Shown here: in pieces, positions 38,760 through 51,361 of the stretch
How the letters are laid out: each line of letters starts with the position of its first letter
How positions within the stretch are numbered: the stretch's first letter is position 1
The notes under the pieces: generated by a model
Database searches by the model: none
What the model was told of the DNA's origin: nothing
The model's input: the letters and a program-made list of their open reading frames with translations, nothing else
NCBI GenBank assembly: GCA_964106915.2
Contig: OZ066915.1
Source of the DNA: Podarcis gaigeae
Taxonomy: Eukaryota
DNA: 64,000 nt
Direction: 5' to 3' (one strand)
Made by a program: the position numbers and the translations under genes

Positions 38760-39035
38760 GTTGTCTGTGGGGACAAACAAAGCCAGTAGTATTAAACCAC
38801 AACCCCTGTCATAGCACTATGAGGAGTTGTGGTTTTTCCACACCTTGTAAACCACAATCTGTAGCCAAAGTTTGTTAGTGTACCGATCATGGTTTGTTGG
38901 AGTGAAACAAACCATAATCCCTGGTTCGGATATGACACTAAGCCAGAGTGTCCTCTGCGTGCCGACAAATAGTCCAGAAAGATGCACTCATGGTGGACCA
39001 TTAACTGTGGTGTACCATGCCATGCAAAGTGGGCC
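38760..39035. mobile_element. Degenerate fragment related to the Harbinger-like element at 7510-8850
   Basis: catggtttgttggagtgaaacaaaccataatc is the reverse-complement relative of 8723-8760 (gattatggtttgttggctcccaataaaccatac). Confidence 0.4.
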
Positions 39036-40477
39036 ACTGTATCTTTTTGACATTTGTAGATCAATCCTGCTCCTCAAGGCTCCAGCAGTGTCTGCAAACT
39101 GAGTCTTTGCTGTATAATTCTCTTCCACTATACAAAGCTATTACTAGCAACACAGGACCTTTAAACGTAATGACAGAAAAACTTGCTGCAGTTCTACTGC
39201 AGAATTCCATAAAAGTACTATTTTATGTAGACACATCCTGAACCAAGCTGTATAATTAAAACAGTAGGTTTTAATTATATTAAACGTATCCTACAGATGT
39301 TGTGATTTTAAAGTTCATTCCCGTTACCAGAGCCATGCGCAAACAAAATAATGCATTGTACCAATAGCTCAATCTTTGTTGGAAGGAAGGACAGCTGGGC
39401 TGCCTCTGGTCACTGAAGGCACAGTAGTTGCCTGCTTGAGAGCGGTTGTACCATAGTGGCTGGATTTTGAGCTTGGACGTGGATGCAGAAGACCCAAAGT
39501 CCAATCCTTTCTTATCTTTGACATTCATTTAGTGGCCTTGGCCAAGTCATTATGACTCAGCCCTGCCTGGCTGACATTGTCATATGAGAAGAATATGAGT
39601 TGTTGTATGAGAAGGATAAAATGAGACAATTTCATCTCTTCCAACCTAGAACTTTGTTGTGCCCTGCAAGTGTAGGGTAAACAATTTTCTTTAGAAGAAG
39701 CAGAGACTTATTTGTCAATAATTATTAAAAGATTCAAGACACAACAAAGGTTTTCTTACCCCAGTCTGTGACTCATTAATATTTGCTAGTTTCACCTTCC
39801 CTCACTCTTTCACCATAGTTCTTGCTCTCATAACCAGAGGAACCCACACTTCATGGCATGTGCAGTCCTCTCTCCTGCCCTCCACAGATCAACTCCATTC
39901 CCACATTAAGACTGGACAAAATATTTGTGGCATCTTCTCTTTGCAAACAATTGCTGCTTGAAAAGGTAGATAAGCTACCCTCCCAAGCCTATTACATGAA
40001 TTAGATGCCAGACGGCCTTTGCTGATGGTCAAAGGCAGCTTATAGCAGCCTTTGCTTTAAGCCCAGGTATAGAAAACCTGCCACTCTCCAGACATGGCTG
40101 GACCCCAACTTTGGCCAATGGTTGGGGATGGTGGGTATTTCACCAACATTTCAACCACAGGTTACCCATTCCTGCATTAGGTTATTGTCAGTTATTCATA
40201 GGTATCAGGCTGATAACTGATCCAAGAGGGAGATGTTTCTTTTATTGGTGGTTTCTTGCCCGCAGTATTTGCATTATTCGAACTGCCTCCAGAGTGTACA
40301 GGAATGCAGGCATGAAAGATGGAGAAACAAAGTGTGCCATGGAAAGATTTGATCACGATAAACAAGAGGGCAAGGATAAGCAGAGAAATGGGGTGGCATT
40401 TTAAGTAGCTGAGATGCCAGTGGATTTTTGTCAGAATTCACTACTAAAGTAGAAACTGGGCTTATTCTGTTTTGCAG

Positions 40478-40595
40478 GTTAGGAATCTCTGTTACATGGT
40501 GACAAGGCGAGAGAAAATGAAGCACTCCATTTGCAAACTCCAGGAACAGATCTTCCACCTACAGATGAAACTTATTGAGAAGGACCTATACCCAG
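40478..40595 (+). CDS. JADE2: JADE2 coding exon (118 nt) (VRNLCYMVTRREKMKHSICKLQEQIFHLQMKLIEKDLYP)
   Basis: Translated by hand. Acceptor ttattctgttttgcag and donor gtatat; phase 0-1; completes the DLER|VRNLCYMVTRRE motif. Confidence 0.96.
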
Positions 40596-43462
40596 GTATA
40601 TGTTCCTTCTGGGGCCCAAAAAGCCTACTGTCAACATAATGATTATTGCTGATGTGTTTGCTGACATTTTAACATGCTATATTTATTTATTTATTTTTGG
40701 TAATAGGTATGTATGTGTTCCTGTAAAGATGCATTAATTCAAGAGCTTAATTTCTAAATATAAGCTGCAGGGGCTCAACTTTGTTGGATGTTATACTCAG
40801 TCCCTGTTACACTCCCTCAAGCCAGTTTAAATAAGGAACGGTCAGGGATTATTATTTTAAAAAAACCACTTAATGTCACTATGTTAAGTCATAACATGAC
40901 TTATAAAAACATACTTTTTTGTTATAATAGAAAGCTACCACCTAACCATTCTAGATAATTAATTATTATTCATTTGTAATGCCAAGCCTGAATCTGAAAC
41001 GGTACTACAGTTAATTGGTTTGCCATTAGCTACCCAGGGCCTAGCTTGCTTATACAGTAGAAGCTGTAGCTGTTTAAAAGGTAACCCAGTGTGTCATCAA
41101 CCCAGCTATTAATGGGGATAAGCAACAAGGTTCCTTCTGAACACGTATGAAATCATCTTAACATAGTTAGCAAGACATCAGGGCAAATCCTTTAATTTCC
41201 TGATTTGCAGAAGAGCCTGATATCTCAGCTCCTGTTTATCCTGTGCAAACAAGCCATATGTCACATCTAAGGTAGAAATTAGCTAGAAATCCTAACTGCA
41301 TTAGTTAATTTCTGTTTAATCAACCTGACCTGTTATGAAATCCTATTGCAGAAGCATGCTGTTTGCTTCCCACCTTCTTTGGATTATTATTGCTCATCCT
41401 GGCCCCCAAGGCTCTAGACTTTAGTGTTTTTAGTGGCAGCATCTGGTTCACTAGAACGGTTTGCCAGCAGTTGCACTGGCTTCCTGGCAACTGCCTCTGA
41501 CTCTATTAAGGATCAAAGGTTGGACTGCTGGCAGCTGATCTTTTTGCTCCTCTTTGCTCTTAGCTTTATCTGCAAATTAAGTTGTGGCTATCTGTTAATA
41601 AGGAGAGCCTTAAGATGCATGCAACCATCAGAAGATTTTAAAAATAAGCTCCTTTGAAAAGGCGCACACCCAGCCAAAAAGCACATCGTTGTTGAGTCCA
41701 TATCTTGTAAATTATTTTTTTTTAAAAAAAAAATCCCCTTTTGCAACAAGAACACAGAACCCAAAACTCAAAGCTATGTAACATTTTCTCCAGAAGGAGC
41801 ATCTGGCTGTCTGGCAGAGTTTCCAGTCAGTTGTTGTGTTTGTGGCTTTGGAGCCTCCTCAGAAGCCATCACGTGGTTAGGGTTCCTTTAGGACTGTCTG
41901 GACCACATTCTCTTTTGCTGAAAGCTTTTTTCTCGAGTTCCATTTTGAGGGTCTGAGGAATGTGTTACCTGAGAAATGTGTGGTTCCACGTTTGTTTGAC
42001 CATGATGCAAACTTTCTTTGTGCGCAAAAGATCCCATAACTACATTTATGGCAACCCAAGCAGAGGCAGACAAAAGCTTCAGAAAACTCACCACATCAGG
42101 GACACCAGTGCAGGGCCCTCCAAATCCTATTTTACAAGTCCCATCAGTCCCTGCTAACTTGACCAGTGGTCAGGGATGATGGGAGTTGTAGTTAAACAAC
42201 ATCTGTTAGAATAGACTCCTGTTGTGAATGGATCGCTCTGTTTTTACCTTGTACACATTTGGGATCTTCATAGAAATGTCACAAATCTCCTGCTGTATAC
42301 TTGTGTTTTGAGGCATGGTGTTTACAGTTTTTGCAGTATTCATACATCGCTCGCTGCCAACTGGGGATCATTGTTTATGCATCTAGTGGGCTCTGGTCCA
42401 GAAATGTTTATGCCAAAAGTAATATGTTAAACTGCAGTTCTTACCCTGGCTGCTGCCTGGCAGGACTTAACAGAGCAGTGGGGCCACAGTAGGATGTGCA
42501 GCCCTCTAGGTGGGTGGGGACACCCAAATGACTGATGCTGTGATCATGCCCAGATCGGCATGCAGTAGGTCTGGGCTGCTCAGCCCTGGAACAGAGGCAG
42601 AAGGGGAAACTTCCTGCTGCCGGAGGCCAGCAGGGCTGGCACAGGGACATCCAGGACAACACAAAGGGGGTTTGGATCACAGTATTTTGTCAGCTGCTGT
42701 GTAGCGCTCTTTTCTCTATAAAAAGAGAGCATTAACAAAGGAAAGAAGTCTAAACTCAGCCATATTTTCTTCATTACCTTTTCTTACTGAAAGGAAACAA
42801 CCACGATATAACAAAGTGTTAGGGAAGTTCCAGAATTTCCAGTGGGTTTAAGGTCACCTAATTCTGTGCCGGATTCTGGACGATGTGTTTTCCCTTTTTT
42901 TAATGGCATGACTCATCCTATTGCTGCAACAGTCTGTGGGGGTCACACATTTCATAGACTTAATTTGCTAGGGTTACTTCCTCATTGGCTAATATTTCAC
43001 TTCAACGTGTTTGTGCAGATTTGCAGATTAGGTTGGGAGTCAGGTGTCAAACAGGAGCCTGCATAGCAGAAAAGGGGAGTTATATTTATGCTTAATTATT
43101 GCCAGATTGAGGGGGGTTGCAATAATTGGGGCACATTACTTAACAGCAGCTTTTCACTCGATTAATGGAAATAAACGGGAAAATAGAGATAGCAGTGGAA
43201 TTAGGACCACTTTGGAAATTCTGTGTCCAAACAATGTTGCCATTAGCAGAACTATTAAGAGGGGCGGGGAGAACAGAAGGTGAAGGTGGTAGGGATGTCA
43301 TGAAAACCTTCAGTGCATCAAGAATTGATGCTTATCCCCAGCAGCAAGTTACACAGTGACTAAGGGAACAAAATTCATTTCAGGCTGAATAATTTAAAGT
43401 CCTTCTTTGTGAACATTCTATGGAGCGTATATGTTCAAAATAGTGCTTTGCCCTTCTTTCTT

Positions 43463-43463
43463 T

Positions 43464-43521
<58 letters not shown>
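43463..43521. repeat. (GCTT)n tetranucleotide microsatellite
   Basis: Directly visible. Confidence 0.95.
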
Positions 43522-43522
<1 letters not shown>

Positions 43523-43736
43523 TTTTGCAGACCTTGAGTTTTCCGTAACTGTAGTAGCAAAGCAGCCAGCATTCTAGAAAACATGAGAATTTGCAACAAT
43601 AATTTATTTATTTTAGTAGTTCTGTTTGAATACACTAATAAACTCTTGTGAAGATAGCAGTTATCATGGCACAACTAAACAATATAACCTACCTACAAGA
43701 ATATTCAAATATTATCTTGGAATTTCAAATCCTATA

Positions 43737-43978
43737 CAGTGGTACCTTGGGTTAAGTACTTAATTCGTTCTGGAGGTCCGTTCTTAACCTGAAACTGTTC
43801 TTAAGCTGAAGCACCACTTTAGCTAATGGGGCCTTCTGCTGCCGCTGCGCCCCCGGAGCACGATTTCTGTTCTCATCCTGAAGCAAAGTTCTTAACCTGA
43901 GGTACTATTTCTGGGTTAGGGGAGTCTGTAACCTGAAGCGTATGTAACCTGCAGCGTATGTAACCCGAGATACCACTG
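43737..43978. mobile_element. Tigger/pogo-like MITE, copy 3 (242 bp)
   Basis: TIR cagtggtaccttgggtta / taacccgagataccactg; TA TSD. Confidence 0.92.
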
Positions 43979-46900
43979 TATTACAAGCAAAATGCCATAA
44001 TAAATACAAATGATGACTGGTATCCAGAGTGAGTCATGGGTACTTCTGCACAAGCATGGGTGGGTTTTTTCTTTCTTTCAGCCTCTTTCCACCTTTGGGC
44101 ATAGCTGTCAACTTTTCCTTTTCTTGCGAGGAATCCTATTCGGGAATTTCCCTTTAAAAAAGGGAAACGTTGACAGCTATGCCTTTGGGAGAGCACTAAG
44201 GTTGGGGAGAAACAGTGAGATAAAAATACCATGTGTATGCATAGAACTTGTGCAATGCATTTATAGATGTGAACCACTTAAAAGCCATTTTGGCATATAA
44301 GCAGTATTTAAACTAATAAACAATTGGAGGAATCCAACATAGCACTGAGCAGGTCACTCCCATTAGCATGTGTATTTCTCAAGTTTCACTCTCACAAGTT
44401 GTGGCGATAGCCATTTACTTGAGTTTCAAAAAGGATTGACAAACTGATTTAAGAATTGGTCTATCAAAGGTTAATGATAGCTGAAAGGAGCCTTGTGGAC
44501 CTCCAGCTGTTGTTGGACAACAGCCAGCTGTTGTTGGACAACAGAGACTCCTCACCCCTGTCTTTCCTGCAGAATTTGGATCTGAGCTTTTTGTTTGTGT
44601 TCCTTACACAGAGTATATATAGGCCTGCATGTAATCAGGCTTCAGATAAGGGAACTGTTGTTTTTATAGGGTGATAATGGTAACCTTGAGAATTCACTTG
44701 AACTATATTATCCATGAGCCACATTTGGATTAGAAGTGTGTTAATATTGCATGTATGCTTGGGAAAGACTGTTCCCCACCTGCTAATCTAGCGGTTGTTT
44801 CTGCCAAAATAAGCTGTCAAGGAGAATATTGCAGCTACCATTTGATTCACATGGCAGCTTCCATGCCGGTTTTGTAATTAGCCAGGATGTTTTGGTGCAG
44901 GTGTTTTGTTTCAGTCGCCTACTCCAAATGGTTCACATTTGCCAGCTTAGATTTTTAATTTTTTTTTAACAGGAGCTGAACTGATTGGAGCCGAGTTGTC
45001 TTTTCTGTTTCAGTTGTAGTTGACTGCTAGCCTCAGGTGATGCAGACTTTCACAAAAGAGCTAGTGAGATTGAGAGAGACTTGAGACTGAAGAAGCTCTT
45101 TCCGGCTTCCTGTTAAGTGAAGTGGAGCTTTGCCAGTGACAAATGCGGAAATGGGATCAAGCCACAAATATCAGTTCTGTGATTTAAGGAGAAATTGCAG
45201 CTTCACTAGAAAAAGCAATCTCAGCCATGAACACAGTCATAAGGCAGCATCTTTGTTTACTGCTCTCTAGGATTATAAGCCTTTAGGCAGAGCCTCTCCC
45301 CCACCTCCAGCTGGGTAGAGCACCCAATTATTTTACCTCTTTTAAAAATAGTTATAACAAGAATACATGGGCCTCATGCTTATCTCCCCATTTATACAAA
45401 TCAAACCTCTATTTAAGTGAAATAGGAATAGGTTTTTGTTTTTCTGAGACTGATATGCAGATCATTCACATACAGGCCACTCTGCTTTGGCAGTCACTAG
45501 CTAGACCTGCGATAATCATTTTCACACATACTTTCTACTTACAATGTGTTTGGATAAATAATCACTCTTGGCCTGGGAGTTTAATTTTGGCACATCATTC
45601 TGTAATCCCAGTGGTCACAGAGGCTATTTAGTAACCCCAAGAAATGCATGAGAGTTGCATTTCACTCTTTTGATCTGTAGCCCAGAAGCCTTTACTTCCA
45701 AAACAAATCTGTTTTCTTGGAAATGTGCTTAAAGTGGCCTTTCGTGCTGTCACTTGTGGTCACTTTGGAAGCTTGGCTTGTGAAAGATGAAGTTATGGAA
45801 ATTCTTGTAGCTTGCCCTATATATCACAGTGTAGGTTGTATATTCATGTGATACTCCAATAGGCAACTATATAAGGGGCTATTAATGGCGCAGGTTATGG
45901 CCCATAATAATCGGGTTTGCGGTTGCCACTAGCCAGGCCACCCTGCCAGCCCCTCCTCCACTTTGCAAGCAGGAAAAAAATGCATTATCTGTAGCTGCTG
46001 AAGGAGTAGTTAAATAGATGCAACTTTTCTCCTTCAAGGTTTCTGACTAATGTATTTCCTCTTAGCACCCCTAAGAACAGCCAGGCAAGTTTCATGGAAG
46101 GAATAACATGTTACCTGGCCTCTCTCTATCTTTTAGCAAGTAGAAACCATAGCTCAGTCTGTATCACACCTCCCTCCCCAGATGCTCTTTTACAAAATTT
46201 AAAGAGATGGAAGAGCCAATTGTGCAACTTCCTTGTCTCATCTAGTTTTGCCCCCAGATACACAAAAATACCAAATTGCCACTTCAGAGCTTTGGTCCAG
46301 GAACTGGCACTTGCAGGTTTCTCTTTAACCCACTTCTGGTTTCCAGAGCAGGAAATGGTTGAGATGAGCAATAGACTGCCAGCAGCTTCTATGAAGTGGG
46401 CGCCCTGGTAGGAGGCAGTGGGCTGGAAGATGAAGTGCTATAGGCCATATGTTGCTCACTGTACTTCATATAATATATTTATGTCTGTACCAATTCCTGG
46501 GTGCAAGGGATGGAGGAGGTTTGCTTCTTTATGATTATGGGTCAATTAGACAAAAGATGAAATCACTTCCTCAGCAAGTAGTTACTCTGTGAGTTATAGC
46601 CCTGCCAAATTGGCGTTGTTTGGAATCGAAAGCCTGCATGGAGCTGGTAGCCCTTGGAAATTGGCTGAATCTCCTCAACTCCTGTTGCATTTAATTGGGC
46701 ACAAGGATCAGTGTTGTGGATAATTCGTTATTAGTGTTACTATCCTTGCATGGAACGACAGGCTTACCGAACAAAATGCATTGTTGAGATTGACCCAAGA
46801 TGTCTTTGTCCTCTGTTGTCTTTTCTTTCTGGAGGGAGAAAATTCTTCCTCTTCCATCATTAGCCCAGTGCAAGTTTTTAATTAATGTATGCCACAGAGG

Positions 46901-47784
46901 TTAATGAGCAACATCTTGGTGAAACACATTTGGCACACTTCACTTTTGGAGACGGCCCTCGTAAAGTTAAGCTTGCCTTTTTATTTTGCCACTGATTAAT
47001 AATCATTTAGGCATTGCCTCTTGAAGTGGGAAGGGGCTGCCCGTTTAAAAGTGGGAGTTTTCTATTTATCTCCCGTGACCTGAAAAGCACCCCCCCTAGC
47101 TGTCAGACTTTGAAATGCAGCTGTTGTTCCTTTTGACAGACTTCCTTTTCAGAAAGGCTAACATTCACATTGCTGTTTGGAAGGATTGCAGCATCTAAAC
47201 AAAAGCCAGATACTTTTATTTGTTAAGTCAAGTGAAAAATGGGTCTGCCCTTCTCCAGTTAGCTGGCAGGAATTGAGCAAACATCAATGTTGCTTTTCTT
47301 TCTTCCTGGAAGTCAGTTCCGTACTTGTGAGGGCTGGGTGGGGGGAGGGAAGTATTTGATTGGCATGCCTGGAAACATAAATTCTCCACATCAGTGGGTT
47401 TATTAAGTGACTACCAAGGACAGCCTAATTAGTTTAAGCCAGCAGTTCTTGAACACCACCACCATTTGTATTCATCCTCTTAACACCAGACCGTTCTGCA
47501 TGCTTGGAAATAGGTTCATAATAGTACGGCCTATTGATGTGTACCATGGTAGCTGCTGTGTTTACCTCTCAACCACCAGCCAGCATGTAGAGGCAATTCT
47601 CTTGCATTAAGCAAGTAATCTAACCATGAGCTGTCTATTTATCTCACATAACATCAAAACGGGTAGAAGCCTACTAAAACGCAGGGTGTTAGCATTCCCA
47701 CAACACTATTACAACAAGCTGTCCACCACAAGCAGAATCAAATTCATTTTTCATGTGGCATCCTAATACGGTCCTAGGTGTAAG

Positions 47785-47910
47785 CATAAGAAGAGCCTGC
47801 TGGATCGGACCAGTGGTCCATCAAGTCCAGCGATCTGTTCTCACAGTGGCCAACCAGATTCCTATGGAAAGCCGTAATCAGGACCTGAGCACACAAGAGC
47901 TCTTCTCTCT
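47785..47910 (-). mobile_element. CR1 LINE 3' fragment
   Basis: cataagaagagcctgctggatcggaccagtggtccatcaagtccagc: reverse of a typical CR1 3' terminus. Confidence 0.65.
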
Positions 47911-48864
47911 TCTGCAGCCTCCAGCAGAAGGAGCTCTAGGCAGGACCTCACTGAGAATGCTCAGCATCCCAAGGAATAAGTAAAAAGCTTGGAGAAGTTC
48001 CTTTGCTGGAAAAAAAGTAATATTTTAACAAAAGTCCCTTGTTATTTTAGTATGAATCAGCCAAGGGAAATAAATCCTGGGGATCATTCAGATTGTTTTG
48101 TATAAATTGAATGTTGGAGCAGGATTCAATTTAGTTTGTTGTATTTGTGGAATGAGGTCAACTCACACAATGGGACATTTTCCCACCACTATCTCGGCAG
48201 CCCCTAAATCTGCTCTGTGGAGAGGGAACCCAGAACAAGTTTAGGTGGTACACAGGGGAAGGGGCAAGGCCCATTACACAAATGGAACTTGTTGCATTTG
48301 CATACAGCCTTTGGGCTGTTTTGAATGGAATTAAAGATAAGCAAAGTGTCGTAAAAGATAAGGAACCAGTTGATTATGTCCTCCAATAGCTGGAATGCTC
48401 TGCTGACCCAAACTTTCTAGAGATGTGCAAAACTGGTACCATAAAAGTGGATTGTGAATCACAGCCTAATAGTCTGATTCACAAAGAGAGGTACTTGACT
48501 TTAAAAGATACTGGTTTTAATCCAAGGAGTCTTATTTATTTCAGTGGTTCACATTGAGTTAAATCTTATGTATTCAAATAAACCCGTGTGCCAGTGACCC
48601 CATTCATGTGTCTCAAAACAAAAAAAGTCTTAGACTGACATAGAATTGCAGCCTGTGATGCTTTGCTCATGGGCCACAGGGCAAGTTTGCAATGTCCACT
48701 TTCCTAAAATGGTGGTAAATGAATTTTCCATATAACTTCACGCTCTACTAGCAGCCGTTGTAATACTTTGTTACATTTTGTTTCTTCTTAGTTTCGTCTG
48801 TATTTCCTAAGTGTCTGCTGGTTGTGTTTGGTATTAATGATTTCTGTTTTTTAAACCCAAACAG

Positions 48865-48993
48865 AGCAAACTGGAAAGAAAACAAAGGGAAGAAGAAGTG
48901 ACCCAAAAAGAAAAGGAAGAGATGATAGGAAAAGCAGCCCAGAGAAGAAAGAAAAGAGGAAATCGGGGAATGAGTTGGTGCTGGGGCAGCTGG
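48865..48993 (+). CDS. JADE2: JADE2 Lys/Arg-rich exon (129 nt, phase 1-1, probable cassette) (EQTGKKTKGRRSDPKRKGRDDRKSSPEKKEKRKSGNELVLGQL)
   Basis: Translated by hand. Acceptor aaacag and donor gtaagt; open in the required phase; resembles the recalled mammalian JADE2 segment ending VLGQL. Confidence 0.9.
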
Positions 48994-50468
48994 GTAAGTT
49001 TGGCTTCAAAAAAGCTGCTTTAGCACCTGTGGAGAGGTTAAATGCTTTAAAAATGTTGCCCATGGAGCTTGTGGGTAGGAAGTTTAACGATTGCCCCATT
49101 CAGAAGCTTTTATTCACATGTTGAGTGATCATGTGAACAGGACTGCACTGAATAGCTATGCCCCAGGCATGTGGGCACTGGCCAGCAAGGACTCAGAGTA
49201 TCACATGTGCAGCATGCCCAATGGCAGGGACTGGCAGATGGAGTCTTGAGTCCACACAACCTGGAACTCTTGATTGTTATTGGTATTGTAGAACAATTCA
49301 TACATTAAAGAAAGAAGGTTCTACTGTTAGTGAAGTAATCTTCAATATGACTCCTTTAGCAGGGCTGTTTGTCAGCCAGTGACGCTGAGGCCCTTAGGTG
49401 TTACCGCCTGCTGATGCTGAGATAAATTCTGGTCTTGGTTTACTAGTTAACTATACCAAACTGATTCTTTATGAGGATGAGGAAGTACTAATGTATTTGT
49501 GAACCCCATGTGTTTCGTGAAAAGAGTTGGCTATTTAGATCATAAAGAATCCACTCACTCACTCCGTGGGAGTTCATCCAAGTCTAGGAGTTTCCATCTG
49601 TGTAGAGGAGGGATCCCTGACCTTTTTGGACTAGGCACTTCTGGAAATCTAAGAAACAGTTGTGGGCACCACAATATACCCATTTCACAGAAGAAAAGCA
49701 AGCAGTTCTCAGGTACTCCCCCTCAAACAACAAACAAAACAGCTGCCCACACTCCAAAACAAATAAAACAGAAACAGCCAAAAAAGAGGGGGGGGACCCA
49801 AACAAGGAAAAGGTCCCCCAACAAACTGACAAAGCACCACCATGTGGGGCCCAGAGGAAATCTGGAGAAAGGAAGGATGCCTTCTGTCCCGCCCAGTGCC
49901 ATCCATGGTTAAAAAGGGGGGAAAGTGAACATGTCAAATTGAAAATACTAAGAATTTGGAAGGGTGCCATTATGTATGCAGGTGCTGTGTTGGAGACCCT
50001 AGGATGTAAAGCTAATGATTCTCCTCTAGTTCACTCCTAACTATAGAGTTTCATGTTACTATATCAGGGCTTTGTATCCAGCCATGATAAAATATTTGAT
50101 GCAAATAGGTGGCCGTGTGATTCACATTCAGGCTTCCCTGGACTGAACAGTCTACTTAGGAGTTGTGCTATTACAATCATACGTAATGTAATATTTTGCC
50201 TTGGTCTTTCTGAAACTTCTGTCTGCCTAATTACTGACCCAAATTTATTTATTTGTTTATTTGTTTGTTTCCGTAGCCACCCTGTACCGTAAAGCCCCAT
50301 GCTGAGTTACAACAATGTAATATACAATTATAAAAATTAGATTAAAATGTTACAATTATAAACAAATAAAACTGTTCTAATTGGAACAGAAATTACCTTT
50401 GTGACGGCGGTTAAATGTTTACTGAATCCTAAGGCGTCCTGTTCTTTTTCTACTCCTTTTTGGTTTAG

Positions 50469-51361
50469 GTTTGTCCACTTCCTTTCCCATTGATGGGACC
50501 TTCTTCAACAGCTGGCTGGCTCAATCTGTACAGATCACCACTGAGAACATGGCAATGAGCGAGTGGTCCTTGAACAATGACCACCATGAAGACACCACCC
50601 CAGGCCTTTCTGAGGAACTTCTACACGACGAAGAGACCTTGCTGAGTTTCATGATGGATCATTCCCTGAAGTCCCCGTTGAAGCACAGTGACACTGCAAA
50701 GAAAGCTAGGAGCAAAGTGCGAACGCACACGAAGAAGAAAGTGGCACGGAACGGCTTGAGTACCATCTTTAAGAGACAAGAGGACTCACATCACTGGACT
50801 AACGTGAGCTCTTTGCCAGATAGCACCACGAAGTCCTCACCCCATGATTTAAGAAACAGCAAAGCAGAGAAAGGTGGGGACAAACTTCAGCCAGAGCGCA
50901 AGGTGATGTGCGAAGTGAAAAAGTCAGCTAAGAAGGGCTCTTCACACCCCACAACTCTTCCAAAAGCAAATGATTCACATGCCTCCCAGAGCCTGATAAG
51001 TAACCTGAGCAATGAGAAGGAGGAACCACTGAAATATACTCCATCTTCTGATCCCAAACCCCTGGTTAAAGTGCCTGATTCAGTAGGTAGTCCGAAAACA
51101 GTAGTGAGGTTCAGATTACCAAAAGAAGGCAGAGGGACTCGGAGATCCCAGAGCGAGAAGCCTGCTGAGCTGGTTAATGGACCTTCAGGAAGTGAGAGGT
51201 CGAAAGTTATCTTACACCCTTTTGACAATGAGACTGATGGCTACTTCTCAGATGCGGAAATGAGTGACTCTGACACAGAATCTGGTAGTGGCAGAGGGCA
51301 CCATAGCCAATTAGATTCAGGAAATGAGGATAATTTCAGAATGAGCATTTTGGCATCCTAA
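50469..51361 (+). CDS. JADE2: JADE2 terminal coding exon (GLSTSFPIDGTFFNSWLAQSVQIT...TDGYFSDAEMSDSD...RMSILAS*)
   Basis: Long pyrimidine tract with AG at 50467-50468; ORF 50471..51361; N- and C-terminal motifs typical of JADE2; stop TAA at 51359-51361. Confidence 0.96.

Noticed and set aside
44503-44544. 21-bp tandem duplication ccagctgttgttggacaacag
   Set aside because: A local slippage duplication inside a decayed hairpin MITE.
50887-51228. 113-aa antisense ORF over the last exon (also 16014-16335 and 40274-40558)
   Set aside because: Shadow ORFs of real coding exons.
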